From Tagaea sp. (lineage in GTDB: Bacteria; Pseudomonadota; Alphaproteobacteria; CACIAM-22H2), in contig CBDIIB010000002.1 in NCBI GenBank assembly GCA_965279525.1, positions 352,001-416,000 of the forward strand: DNA of 64,000 nucleotides. Reading direction: 5' to 3'. Below, piece by piece: positions 17,518 to 26,871 of the stretch. The number at the start of each line of letters is the position of its first letter. Position 1 is the first letter of the stretch. The translations under genes were made by a program, and so were the position numbers. Under the pieces are notes generated by a model. The model saw only the letters and a program-made list of their open reading frames with translations, was not told the origin of the DNA and searched no databases.

Positions 17518-19113
17518 TCATAAATGTGCGCCCGTCGCGGAGCTGAGGCGATAGCTTGAGCCTTTGCCGTCGGCAGCGTCGATTTGTTCGAGGATGCCGG
17601 CATCAATCAGGCGGTTCTTGTAGCGCGCACGTGATGTTCGATTTCTTGCCACCTTGTCCAAGCAGGAATTGAGAGTTGCACTATCCAGCCCCTTAGTTCC
17701 TCCGGCCTTCACAAGCGCGACGACAATCGGCTCAAGCTCAGGTGGGATACTTGCCGTCCCATCTCTGAGAATTGCCGCTGTTTGTCGAGTGTCGGCGACT
17801 TTCACAACCTCAACGTCGAATCTAATCGGTGAAGGCCGGGATATTCCCTTTACTCTGAGCGGAGTAAACTGGCCGGAGTATGGACGCTTTAAATCGGCCA
17901 TGCTGCCAGAACGGTGGACACGATATAGCCCTTGGGTGTTTGCCCCGATGGCGCGATGCCCAGCAAAATCCTGCCCAGTCTTTGTCTGATGATGAATAAC
18001 GACGACATGCGTTGCGACGGGCCAAGTTGGCGCATCTTGATCGCTGGAAAGAAGATCGTCTCTAGTTTTTAGTAAGTCTAAGCATCGCTGGATAAACTCT
18101 ACCGACCCGGCGCCCTTTTCATCTTCACCGCCCAGCGCCATTGACAGTGTATCGATGACCACGACGCATTTAGCGTTTTCGTCAACTAGAGATCGATAGA
18201 TGGGCATGGCAAACTCTTCGCCTTCCCGATCTTGAAGTGTCTTGGTCGGGAGCTCTCCCAACTCCTCGCGGGCGTCAAGAACGCGATTCCAGCGCTCTCG
18301 TATGCCTTCAATTTGGTATCTCCATTCTATTGGGTCCGATGGAATCCGATCTAGAACTGTAAGCGGTATCCCGTCGTCACCCCACGGGGAGTTCATGCGC
18401 TTTAGCTTCTGTTCAAGGGCGCGAAGACGTACAGGGATTTCTTCGACCCCTTCCAGAGCGTACCAAACAACGGGGAACGGCTTGACCGATCTGCCTTGCC
18501 AAGATGTTCCTGTGGCCACGTGCGCCATTAAGTCCAAAACGAGAGTCGTTTTAAATTCATCAAAATCCCCAAACACAATTGAAACCCCTCGCTCGCGCAT
18601 GAGTCCTTCCACAAGCATGGGGGTGTCGTCGGTTATTCGCGCGGAGCTTGCATAGAGGTCGGCAGTGGGTTTTCGCTCGTCAGCTAAAAGGCGTATTGCA
18701 TTTTCTCGCGAAACTTCTTCCATAACTTTATAGCGATAACTTTTGATGATATCCGAAACTTGCTCGGCAGTCGGCCAAGCTCTGGCCTTTGGAGTATGAA
18801 TATCTCCGTTGGCGATGATTTCCGCCCCCAGTGATTGCTTGCAACATTTCCTTTCAAAGTCCGCTGGGAGTCGTGACTCCGGTACCAAGAAATATGTCGT
18901 TTCTTGATAGCATATGCTTGGCAAGCAATCGGGAACTTGAGCCGATGGACAAGCTCTGCATTCTACGAAAATCAAAGGATCGCCACATTCCGTGACGCAG
19001 CGGAGAATTGAGCCCCGCACAAGTTCGAGATTTTGATACCGGCAAATCAGACGGTCTATTTCTGGCCGGGAGATTTGCGGAACTTCCAAAGCGTCATCAT
19101 GTCTTCTGCGCAT
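17518..19113 (-). CDS. AAA_25/RepA-like helicase with Cys-rich N-terminus
   Basis: LVEGLM...SIVFGDFDEFKTT (variant Walker A), VVWYALEG, VVVIDTLS (Walker B), VVVIHH.TK. Confidence 0.8.
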   Translation of the reverse strand: MRRRHDDALEVPQISRPEIDRLICRYQNLELVRGSILRCVTECGDPLIFVECRACPSAQVPDCLPSICYQETTYFLVPESRLPADFERKCCKQSLGAEIIANGDIHTPKARAWPTAEQVSDIIKSYRYKVMEEVSRENAIRLLADERKPTADLYASSARITDDTPMLVEGLMRERGVSIVFGDFDEFKTTLVLDLMAHVATGTSWQGRSVKPFPVVWYALEGVEEIPVRLRALEQKLKRMNSPWGDDGIPLTVLDRIPSDPIEWRYQIEGIRERWNRVLDAREELGELPTKTLQDREGEEFAMPIYRSLVDENAKCVVVIDTLSMALGGEDEKGAGSVEFIQRCLDLLKTRDDLLSSDQDAPTWPVATHVVVIHHQTKTGQDFAGHRAIGANTQGLYRVHRSGSMADLKRPYSGQFTPLRVKGISRPSPIRFDVEVVKVADTRQTAAILRDGTASIPPELEPIVVALVKAGGTKGLDSATLNSCLDKVARNRTSRARYKNRLIDAGILEQIDAADGKGSSYRLSSATGAHL

Positions 19114-19440
19114 AGTTCGTACCTGTCCTCCTTTTGCTAGTCAGTGCTGAGCCTTTGCTCCGCACGCACCTCCATTTCAATGCTCTAGATTGTATCAGAA
19201 ATATGCAGAAATTGCATCTGCAATTGATCGCCTGAACTCACGAGAAGCGCAGCGCTCTTAGTGAGCTACTACAAGAATGCTCGAAGCGTCTCAATATCTG
19301 GAACTGGATTATGCACGGGCCAGGAAAGGTAGAATGATTGGTATCTCGTGATACCAAGAGCCTAAGCCAAGAGAATTTTCGCTTAGGTTAGTCACGGCTC
19401 TAAAATATGGCGTGACATCTGAATTACTTTTCGTCGTCAC

Positions 19441-19468
19441 ATTTTCCTCCCCTAAAGGGGAGGAAAAT
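19441..19468. repeat. Perfect 13-bp inverted repeat ATTTTCCTCCCCT-AA-AGGGGAGGAAAAT
   Basis: Read directly; extends imperfectly to about 19427-19483; no U-tract on either strand. Confidence 0.8.
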
Positions 19469-19595
19469 AACGAGCGAGAAAAGCGCACTTGCCTTCATGG
19501 CTGCAATATAAGCTTAGAAAATATGGGTCAATTGCGGATTTGTCCCTTCCTTGCGCGCAACAGTTGGCCATGTAACGCTGCTTTGAGAAGTGGCT

Positions 19596-20273
19596 TTATA
19601 TCCGCGCAAGAGCTCTTTGCACCCCAGCCGCCGTCCATTGGCCTCCTCGACTTGCTTTCAAGTCTTGCTCATTGAGCCGACGGGCGATGGCTCTTAGAGA
19701 AAGTCCCTCGCGAGATAGAGCGCGAAGGTCGTCGGCTACATCGCTAAGGCGCTGAGCCGCTTTCTCTTGTGCCGCCGCAACACCGATTTTCTGGTATTCC
19801 GATATTTTTGCAGCGCCAATGCGGTGCCCGCCAAGCACTGTTCCTCTTGCTCTCGCGGCGGCAAGTGCGGCCTTAGTGCGAGATGAAATGGCTTCACGCT
19901 CGTACTGAGCGACAACTGCCATTACCCCGACGGTCATTGTATTCGCCTCGGGAAGGTCGGCCGCGACAAACGCAATGCCGCTATCTCGGAGGGTCATTAG
20001 GAAGGCCGCATTTCGGGAGAGGCGATCCAATTTCGCGACAATTAAGGTCGCCCCGGTGGCACGGCATCGCCGCATTGCCCGTTCTAGCTCCGGACGGTCA
20101 TTTCTCTTTCCTGTTTCGATTTCAACAAACTCTGGCGCCACGATCCTTCCGCTTCTGTCGGCAACGAAGCGCCGCACGGTCTCACGTTGAGCCTCGATGC
20201 CAAGCCCCGAGCGGCCTTGCTTGGCAGTCGAAACACGAAGGTAGGCGACAAAAGTGTTGGAGATTTTGACCAT
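19596..20273 (-). CDS. Serine recombinase (resolvase family)
   Basis: FVAYLRVST..QG.SGLG.EAQ, ETGK...RPEL, AKLDRLSR. Start MVKISN at 20273 with GAGG RBS. Confidence 0.92.
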   Translation of the reverse strand: MVKISNTFVAYLRVSTAKQGRSGLGIEAQRETVRRFVADRSGRIVAPEFVEIETGKRNDRPELERAMRRCRATGATLIVAKLDRLSRNAAFLMTLRDSGIAFVAADLPEANTMTVGVMAVVAQYEREAISSRTKAALAAARARGTVLGGHRIGAAKISEYQKIGVAAAQEKAAQRLSDVADDLRALSREGLSLRAIARRLNEQDLKASRGGQWTAAGVQRALARI

Positions 20274-20274
20274 T

Positions 20275-20312
20275 GTATCAATCCTCTCAACGAGCGATGT
20301 GAGGAATGATAC
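20275..20312. promoter_or_regulatory. Imperfect inverted repeat over the resolvase RBS (res/operator candidate)
   Basis: GTATCAATCCTC...GAGGAATGATAC flanking TCAACGAGCGATGT. Confidence 0.45.
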
Positions 20313-20717
20313 GGAAGGTACGCTACTCGCGCAATTGCCTTTCTGCCAATTTCTACGTGCTCTGAAACGGCAAAGCGACGTTACGACTTCTCCGGCCAAT
20401 CTTACTGCCCGGTCGTCATTTGTCGCATAGGCGCACCAAGACGCCTGCTGGGTAAACCGGCTCGATGGCATATGGGACGTGCAATATGTCGGATGTATCG
20501 CCGATACAGTCAGCTTCAATTTTCCGTAGAGGCCATGCTCATAGGCGATAGAACGTCTAGCGCTAACTGTGAGCGCTAATAATTCTGTGGCCCTACCCAC
20601 TTTGGGGGACGCCCCCCGTCCCGCTCGGCTGGAAGCCTCTAGATCGCCGAAGCGATTTTATGTAATTTTTGGTGTTTAAAAAAAAGTTCTCGCAATTTTC
20701 AATTTCGGAAATGAAAA

Positions 20718-21548
20718 ATGCAAATCGGTGACGACAAGCAAGAATTAGATAGTAGGGCACCACTTGCATGTTCCCCAGCGCCTGATGACAGGGGGCTAAA
20801 AAAATTTCGAACAGCCATCGTCACGATAATTTCGAAAAAAATTCGGAAGAGCGTTGAAGATCGGGCATTCCGGGAATGGAAAACCAGATGGACTGCAAAG
20901 GAACTCGCAGAGCAAGAGAAAGACTGGGAGGCGCAAGAAATCGCCCGCGAAGAACGGGCCGAAACTGAACGCCAAGTGGAGCAGGATAAAGCAGAGCAAG
21001 TTCAATTGCTGTTTTTGAAAGCTTATAGTGCCGAAAACAATGCAACGCCGATTGAAAGTACCGCCGCAAGGCATGCGAGCGAGGTAGCGGGGAATGCAGA
21101 TAGTGAGCGTGAGTTTGAAAGTCTCTGGCTAAGTGCCTTCGATGCGGAGTTTTCTAGAGCGACTGATTCCGAGAGCCGCGCTTACGCAGAAGCGCGTTCA
21201 AATTGGGTCAAGCGACTATTGATTGAGCCTGGTGAATCGCTGCTAGGAATGATGATAATTTTTCTAGTTGGCGCCTATGTGATCGGACTTAGCAATGGCA
21301 TCTATCGTGCCATGCAGGCCGAAGCAAGCTATGGCGATCTTGCCAACGGCGTTGTTGCGGCATACGGCACACTTGGAAGCATATTCATCTATGCACGCCG
21401 TATCGACGCAAATCAGAAAAAGAAAGAAGAAGAGTACAAAGAATTAGTCGATATCAGAGAAAAGTATAAGAGTGAGAAGCGGGATGGTTTGTTGATAGGT
21501 GCAAAAATGAAGTGGAGAGGGAGAAAAGCAAATGCACACCTTCGTTGA
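20718..21548 (+). CDS. Hypothetical coiled-coil protein with two TM segments
   Basis: E/Q/K-rich helices; hydrophobic segments LLGMMIIFLVGAYVIG and VVAAYGTLGSIFIY. Confidence 0.7.
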   Translation: MQIGDDKQELDSRAPLACSPAPDDRGLKKFRTAIVTIISKKIRKSVEDRAFREWKTRWTAKELAEQEKDWEAQEIAREERAETERQVEQDKAEQVQLLFLKAYSAENNATPIESTAARHASEVAGNADSEREFESLWLSAFDAEFSRATDSESRAYAEARSNWVKRLLIEPGESLLGMMIIFLVGAYVIGLSNGIYRAMQAEASYGDLANGVVAAYGTLGSIFIYARRIDANQKKKEEEYKELVDIREKYKSEKRDGLLIGAKMKWRGRKANAHLR

Positions 21549-21750
21549 GCTGATCGCGATGCTCCTATTTCTCCCGGTAGGCATGTTCATTTGTGTTGCA
21601 GTTACGATGGAAGTTATAATGCGCGATCCAAAGCGATATGAGTCAGGCTCTGGCGCATTGCTAGGATACTCGACGATAATTGGATCAGCATTTGCTTTGA
21701 ATATTGCTTTTACAGGCGGGTCTGCACTCTTGCGTGCTATTTTTGAGTGA
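21532..21750 (+). CDS. Small two-TM membrane protein
   Basis: 72 aa with two hydrophobic stretches; overlaps the previous gene; GGAG RBS. Confidence 0.6.
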   Translation: MHTFVELIAMLLFLPVGMFICVAVTMEVIMRDPKRYESGSGALLGYSTIIGSAFALNIAFTGGSALLRAIFE

Positions 21751-22972
21751 TGGCCGGATATGTAAGCTTTTCGATTGCGTGCTTCCGCATTTCTAACGTC
21801 GATTTTCCGCTGTATGTGCTTCCCGTCAATGTGGATCGTTCATGCCCAACTATATCTTGGACAGTGCTTTCTGGGACGCCGGCGCGCTCTAGAAGCGTAA
21901 TAACAGTTCCACGAAAACTATGGAATGTATGGCGCGGTCCAAAATTTAGGGATCGCTTAAGTCGCGTGAATCGCTTTCCAAGGATGTCGCCACGATCACC
22001 ATTCTTATTCGGAACCAAACCGGAGATTAGAAATCCGTCCTTGGATTTCTTGGTTAGGCGCTTAATGGTTGTACTCAACTCACTATGAATGGGTACGATT
22101 CGAATTCCAGCTTCTGTTTTTGCATCAATGATTTCAAACCGGTCACGAAGAATATTCTCGACCTTTAGGCTGCAAAGCTCTTCACGGCGTGCGCCGCTAT
22201 ACATGGCCAGTCGCACTAGGTCGCAAAGCTGCGGGTCTGGCGCTGCGGTGGATAGCAACAGCGCAACCTCTTTGGGGCTATAGGGAAGCCAAGAAGCCGA
22301 TTTGACCTTAAGGCCTAGGCGATCAAACGGAGCGCTGTCTTCCGGCGCGGCTTCAATGGCTTCCAAGTATGCCCAATACGTTCGGCAATCGCTCATTAGG
22401 CGTTTTACGGTCGCAGGCGCGATCGATTGCAGCAGCTCAGGAACCCAGCGCCGAACCTCTTTGCGTGTGATGTCTTGTATGTTCGGAAATTTGACAGTCA
22501 GCCTTGCTATGGTAGCGCGACGCATGGCCGCTGTTTTGCCTTTGACCTGGAGGGAGCCAATCCACTCATCGAGATATTCGTCGGTTGCAGAAATTGCGCC
22601 GGTCGCTGCCGCGAAGAACTGAATTGCTTCAGGATTAGTCGATGGCCTATCGCCAATTTGATCAACGTTGGAAGCGCCGATGTCCCATGCCACAGCGTCA
22701 ATCTGCTCTAGGACCCGCGCTCGGTCTTCCGGCGTCTTTGTTCGCCGAAGTGCATCGCGCCAGAATTTTGAGTCGTTGTGATTTGGCTCTTCCCGGAGCC
22801 GTGCAATTTCCGCTTTCCATTGGGCAACTAGAGGCGCCGCCCTGCGGAGTGCCACAGCTCTGCTATCAGTCTGAAGGGTCTGCCGGAAGACTCGGCGGCG
22901 CGCCCGTTTGCGAACGTCGGCCGGTACGTCTAGATATGCGAAATAAGTTCGATGCCTAAGCTCTATCGGCAT
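21737..22972 (-). CDS. int: Tyrosine integrase with DUF6538-like N-terminus (island 2)
   Basis: TYFAYLDVPADVR N-terminus; SGARREE, AKT, FHSFR, VGHE, TY. Confidence 0.93.
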   Translation of the reverse strand: MPIELRHRTYFAYLDVPADVRKRARRRVFRQTLQTDSRAVALRRAAPLVAQWKAEIARLREEPNHNDSKFWRDALRRTKTPEDRARVLEQIDAVAWDIGASNVDQIGDRPSTNPEAIQFFAAATGAISATDEYLDEWIGSLQVKGKTAAMRRATIARLTVKFPNIQDITRKEVRRWVPELLQSIAPATVKRLMSDCRTYWAYLEAIEAAPEDSAPFDRLGLKVKSASWLPYSPKEVALLLSTAAPDPQLCDLVRLAMYSGARREELCSLKVENILRDRFEIIDAKTEAGIRIVPIHSELSTTIKRLTKKSKDGFLISGLVPNKNGDRGDILGKRFTRLKRSLNFGPRHTFHSFRGTVITLLERAGVPESTVQDIVGHERSTLTGSTYSGKSTLEMRKHAIEKLTYPAITQK

Positions 22973-23320
22973 GGAAAAACCTCTTTTTCCACCAATAACT
23001 ACCACCAATATAACCGTCTAGAAACCCAGTAATATAGATGATACAACGGTTTTCAATTCGTTTTAGTCCCCTCCCCGTGGGGACGCCAGCGCTTCCAGGC
23101 AGAATCGGGAATCTAATTCGAGCCCTCCTTGGGAGCCGTGGTCGGCGCCGCCGCCGATGCTGTTCCATATGTGAGCCGTGTGAACCAATTGCCAGCGAGC
23201 AGTACCCCAATCGCTGTTTCGGCGCTTGACTGGGTTCGCATGAGGTGAATAGTCTGCATAAATCTGCAACCTAAAAGATATGCGGCATTGCACCCTTAGC
23301 AAAAAGAGGGGAACATCGGT

Positions 23321-23866
23321 ATGTCCGGGAAGTCGTCGCTCGTTCTGGCCTTGTCCGCCTTCTTGGTTCTCTCCGCCTGTTCGGCCGCCTACAATAGGCA
23401 GGATACCGGCGGAGCCGAATTTAGCGGCGTCACGCTCGACAAGGCGAAAGCCGTTCTTATCGCCATCCCAGCTGATGGCGCCTATGGCGGAAAGCCGTAT
23501 CTCGGTTCCGGGCAGATGGTTGCCCAGCAGGTGGCGGCGGCGTTCGCTAGATACGCCCAGAAAGTGGACATGGCGCCATCCAACGCCGCCGACAGAACGG
23601 CGTTAGTGGACGCCGCGAAGAAGGGGGGATTTGGCTATATCGTGATGCCCGTGATTGCCCACTGGGAGCACCGTGCAACGGCGTGGTCCGGTATACCTAG
23701 CCGTGCATCCGTCGGCGTTTCCGTGCTCGACGGCCAGACAGGAGACAAGCTTCAGTCAAGCAGCCTTGAGGGGCGGAGCCGCATCGTCAGCTGGACTTCA
23801 ACCAGCCCTGAGTCACTGTTGCCAGACATGATCACCGGATACGTCAACGCCCTGTACGGTCGTTGA
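23321..23866 (+). CDS. DUF4823-like lipoprotein
   Basis: Lipobox LSAC; P.DG.Y....Y.GSG and HWE.RAT.WSG.P motifs. Confidence 0.75.
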   Translation: MSGKSSLVLALSAFLVLSACSAAYNRQDTGGAEFSGVTLDKAKAVLIAIPADGAYGGKPYLGSGQMVAQQVAAAFARYAQKVDMAPSNAADRTALVDAAKKGGFGYIVMPVIAHWEHRATAWSGIPSRASVGVSVLDGQTGDKLQSSSLEGRSRIVSWTSTSPESLLPDMITGYVNALYGR

Positions 23867-24127
23867 GGCCCGGCAGATATCTTTCGCCAATCCGGATGCG
23901 CCCCAGCCTTGGTTCTTTGCCAATTCGTGCGCCGCGCTGACGCTCATCTTCTCGCTGACGAAGACTGGATATGAGAACGATAGCCTTGTTCATGACGGCG
24001 ACTTTTTAGGAAGTGAAAGTCGATCGTGCCGTACGAATCTTCAAGCTATAGCCTAGGTCAAGTTAACCAAAGCTCCCAATAGTTCTCACCAATTTCATCG
24101 TCGGCACGCCAGCTTTCGAGGCCTGCG

Positions 24128-25243
24128 CTATTTATCCGTCGGCGCCGGCGCGTCGCGCGCCATGAGTTCGTCGAGCGCCGTGCGGAGCGTCGAGATCCGG
24201 CGCACGCTGGCCGACCAGTCGGCAAACCGGGCATAGTTGTTGACGAACCAGCTCAGCGTATCCTGGACCGTGATGAAGGCCGCGGTCGCCTGCATCAGGC
24301 CGCCCAGCGTGATGACGTACGCGAAGTAGTCCGGTGCGGCGATCAGGACCGGAATGCCGGTCGCGAGGATCGCGTAGCCGGACGTCATGAAGCTGAGGCT
24401 CCGGGTGCGCAGCATGAGCTGGCGCCACGTGACGATTACGCTCGCGAAGCTGTCGCCCAGTCTGCGCCGGTCGTCGTCGGTGCAGTCGGGCAGCGCTTCA
24501 TCGGGGCCGGTTTCGCTGATCTTCTGGAGATCAAGCCGGAAGCAGGCTTCGTTGCTGAGCTTCTCCTGGTTGAGAGTCACGAGCGGCCGGCCGAGCAGAT
24601 AGGTCAGCGCCGTTCCGACCGCGGCATAGGCGAAGGCCGCCCACACGAGGTAGCCGGGGACCGAGATGTCGACATAGGGCGGGTAGGCGATCTTCAGCGC
24701 GCCGGAGAGCGTCCAGAGGACACCGACGAAGCTGATGAGCTGCAGGGTCGCGCGGAAAATGCCTTCCGCGAAATCGACCGCACCCTCGGCGGCGATGCGC
24801 ACGTCCTCCGATATCCGCTGGTCGGGATTGTTGTGCGTCAGCCCCATCCGTGCCAGCTCGGCATTGCGCCCCTGTGCGAGCCAGTCAGAAACGAGTCGGT
24901 TCGTTATCCAGGCGCGCCACTCGACCTGGATGCGCATCTTTGTGAACATGTTGTAGCCCGAAAGGGCGAGGAACGACGTCGCCAGAGCGGCAAACACGCC
25001 GACCTGATGCAGCACGCCGACTGTGTCGCGCTGTTCGATCGCGTTGAAGACCGCCCCGCTCCAGACGTTCAGGAGCAGTTGGACGACGACCTGTGCAACC
25101 GCAAGCACGGCGAGCAGCAACGCAAGACCGCGCATCCGCCAGCGCCGTTCGCCCGAGAAGACCGCGCCGCCGATCTGCCAGTATCTGTGGACGGGAGAGC
25201 CGAAATGGGGAGGCGCTTCTGGCTCGTTTACGCAAGCCGTCAT
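24128..25243 (-). CDS. SbmA/BacA/YddA-type transporter membrane domain, no ATPase
   Basis: WRAWIT..L...WL, NPDQRISED, ISFVGVLW.LSG, ITLGGLMQ; ends before any NBD. Confidence 0.85.
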   Translation of the reverse strand: MTACVNEPEAPPHFGSPVHRYWQIGGAVFSGERRWRMRGLALLLAVLAVAQVVVQLLLNVWSGAVFNAIEQRDTVGVLHQVGVFAALATSFLALSGYNMFTKMRIQVEWRAWITNRLVSDWLAQGRNAELARMGLTHNNPDQRISEDVRIAAEGAVDFAEGIFRATLQLISFVGVLWTLSGALKIAYPPYVDISVPGYLVWAAFAYAAVGTALTYLLGRPLVTLNQEKLSNEACFRLDLQKISETGPDEALPDCTDDDRRRLGDSFASVIVTWRQLMLRTRSLSFMTSGYAILATGIPVLIAAPDYFAYVITLGGLMQATAAFITVQDTLSWFVNNYARFADWSASVRRISTLRTALDELMARDAPAPTDK

Positions 25244-25425
25244 GGAGCCCTGGTGCTGCGGACGGCGTGCGGCAGATAGCGCACGATCCGGCCGAGGAGA
25301 CCGCGTCGCTCGCTGCTGTCGGCCGCGGGAAGCGAGCGGCTCCAGGCGAGAAGCCGCGTCGCGTCTTCGCGTGCGGCCTCGACTTCGGTCAATGTCGGCC
25401 AGATCGCTTCGTCGGGTCTTCCCAT
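25240..25425 (-). CDS. Small hypothetical protein
   Basis: Translationally coupled on both sides (TGATG and ATGA). Confidence 0.5.
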   Translation of the reverse strand: MGRPDEAIWPTLTEVEAAREDATRLLAWSRSLPAADSSERRGLLGRIVRYLPHAVRSTRAP

Positions 25426-25637
25426 CAGAAGATGCGGCGACCGAACAGCGTCATCAGCGCGCCGCCGACAATCGAAACGGTACCGCCGACCATGTACCAG
25501 ACGATCCGGTCGGTGTGGCGACCGGTCAGCGCCATCGTCACTTCATCGAGCGGGGCATTCGACTCGCCATAGGCAAGCCAGAGGAGGACGGCGCCGAGTG
25601 CGAAGAGTGCGCCACCGGCGATCTGGGTCGGGTTCAT
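25425..25637 (-). CDS. DUF3185-family membrane protein
   Basis: MNPTQIAG..L...G.VLL..AY..SNAP.DEV...LTGR.TD..VWY. Confidence 0.8.
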   Translation of the reverse strand: MNPTQIAGGALFALGAVLLWLAYGESNAPLDEVTMALTGRHTDRIVWYMVGGTVSIVGGALMTLFGRRIF

Positions 25638-25672
25638 TCTAGTTTCCTTTTCCGATTTTCGGATTCGAAGTT

Positions 25673-26317
25673 TCAGGTTTGTGCGGTCAGGGCCCGGACA
25701 TAGCGCCGTTCGACTTCCTGCCAGTCGATATTGCGCATGAACGCATCGACGTACTTCGGTGCGGCAGCGCCATAGTCGATCTGGTATGCATGCTCGTACA
25801 TGTCGAGCACCAGCAGCGGCACGCCGGCGGCGATGCCTTGCGTGTGATCGCTGGCCCAATGGTTGCGCAGCGTCCGGGTATGGAGATTGTAGACGAGAAC
25901 GCACCAGCCTGACCCGCCTGCAAGCGACAGGCCTGTCCGCCGGAACTCGGCCTCCCAATTCGCGAAGGTCCCGAAGGCCGCAGCGAGTGCGTCGACGATC
26001 GTCCCGGCCGGCTTGCCGTCACCGCCGAGATTTCCGAAATAGCAGTCGTGAAGGACGATCGAGCCGGTGCGATGGAGTTCTTCGCGCTTCAGTCCAGAAT
26101 AAAGGACCGGCGGAAAATCGACGTCGCGCAACGCGCCATCGAGATGCTCCTCGACGAGATTCAGCCCGTTGACCGATGCGACATAGTTGTTCTTCCAGTG
26201 GGAGAGAAGGAGCTTGACGGACAGACCCTCGCAACGCGACGGATCGAAGGCGAGCGGGCGGGGTGCATGCGCGCCCGCGAAGGCCGGCGGCCGGCGTGTG
26301 GCGGACTGGCCGTCCAT
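25673..26317 (-). CDS. Fe/Mn superoxide dismutase (ChrC-like)
   Basis: SHWKNNY, LHDCYF, GGSGW, LDMYEHAY; metal ligands H/H/D/H present. Confidence 0.88.
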   Translation of the reverse strand: MDGQSATRRPPAFAGAHAPRPLAFDPSRCEGLSVKLLLSHWKNNYVASVNGLNLVEEHLDGALRDVDFPPVLYSGLKREELHRTGSIVLHDCYFGNLGGDGKPAGTIVDALAAAFGTFANWEAEFRRTGLSLAGGSGWCVLVYNLHTRTLRNHWASDHTQGIAAGVPLLVLDMYEHAYQIDYGAAAPKYVDAFMRNIDWQEVERRYVRALTAQT

Positions 26318-26700
26318 CAGCTCTTTTCCGGCGCGCGCCAGTAGCTCGGCGCCTTGTAATAGTCGTCCACCGTGCGCCCGTAATCGGGCGTCCATTCGAA
26401 ATCCGATCCCGTCGAATAGGTCGGCGCACCGACGAGCTTTTCCTTGTCGAGATCGACCACGTAGCCGCCCTTCGCCTCGTCGTAGTTCAGCGTCGCCCAG
26501 GGGAGCGGATGGTATTTCTCGCCCATGCCGAGAAAGCCGCCGAAAGACATGACCGCGTAGATCGCGCGGCCGGAGACCTTGTCGATCATGATGTCGTCGA
26601 CGCTGCCGAGTTTCTCGCCCGCCACGTTGTAGACGTTGGTGCCTTCGACCTTGTCGGCGGCGATCAGGGTTCCGGTCGTAATCGAAGTGTCCTCGGTCAT
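26317..26700 (-). CDS. PRC-barrel domain protein
   Basis: LIAADKVEGT.VYN..GEKLG....MIDK.SG...YAVMSFGGFLGMG..YHPLPW. Confidence 0.92.
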   Translation of the reverse strand: MTEDTSITTGTLIAADKVEGTNVYNVAGEKLGSVDDIMIDKVSGRAIYAVMSFGGFLGMGEKYHPLPWATLNYDEAKGGYVVDLDKEKLVGAPTYSTGSDFEWTPDYGRTVDDYYKAPSYWRAPEKS

Positions 26701-26761
26701 TCTGGCGTTCCTTTGGTTTGCTCGCCGGACAGTAGCCGTCCGCGGCAGCCGACCGCGAGAC

Positions 26762-26776
26762 TCGGAAACTACCTAG
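26762..26776 (-). promoter_or_regulatory. FixJ-like box 1, CTAGGTAGTTTCCGA
   Basis: 27 bp upstream of TACTGT (26729-26734), ahead of the PRC-barrel operon. Confidence 0.7.
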
Positions 26777-26786
26777 ACGCGCTTCT

Positions 26787-26801
26787 CTAAGTAGATTCCG
26801 A
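26787..26801 (+). promoter_or_regulatory. FixJ-like box 2, CTAAGTAGATTCCGA
   Basis: 27 bp upstream of TATGGT (26829-26834), ahead of the csbD/BON unit. Confidence 0.7.
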
Positions 26802-26871
26802 TCCTTCCGGCCCGCCATCGCCGACGCCTATGGTCGCCGGAATGGGACGCTTCACTCGAAAGGGGCATCAC

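Larger units (their letters stand above)
17412..23091. mobile_element. Genomic island 2 (5660 bp between repeat starts) at the tRNA-Glu 3' end
   Basis: 20-bp direct repeat TCCCCGTGGGGACGCCAGCG at 17412-17431 and 23072-23091. CCACCAAT-type pairs 13 bp apart near both ends (17480/17493 and 22987/23000). Own integrase; lower GC. Confidence 0.9.

Noticed and set aside
20601-20616. TTTGGGGGACGCCCCC as a third att copy
   Set aside because: Only about 9 bp match, with no CCA and no adjacent integrase; likely chance.
23092-24127. A third island containing the DUF4823-like gene
   Set aside because: Composition looks intermediate, but I see no further att repeat or recombinase.
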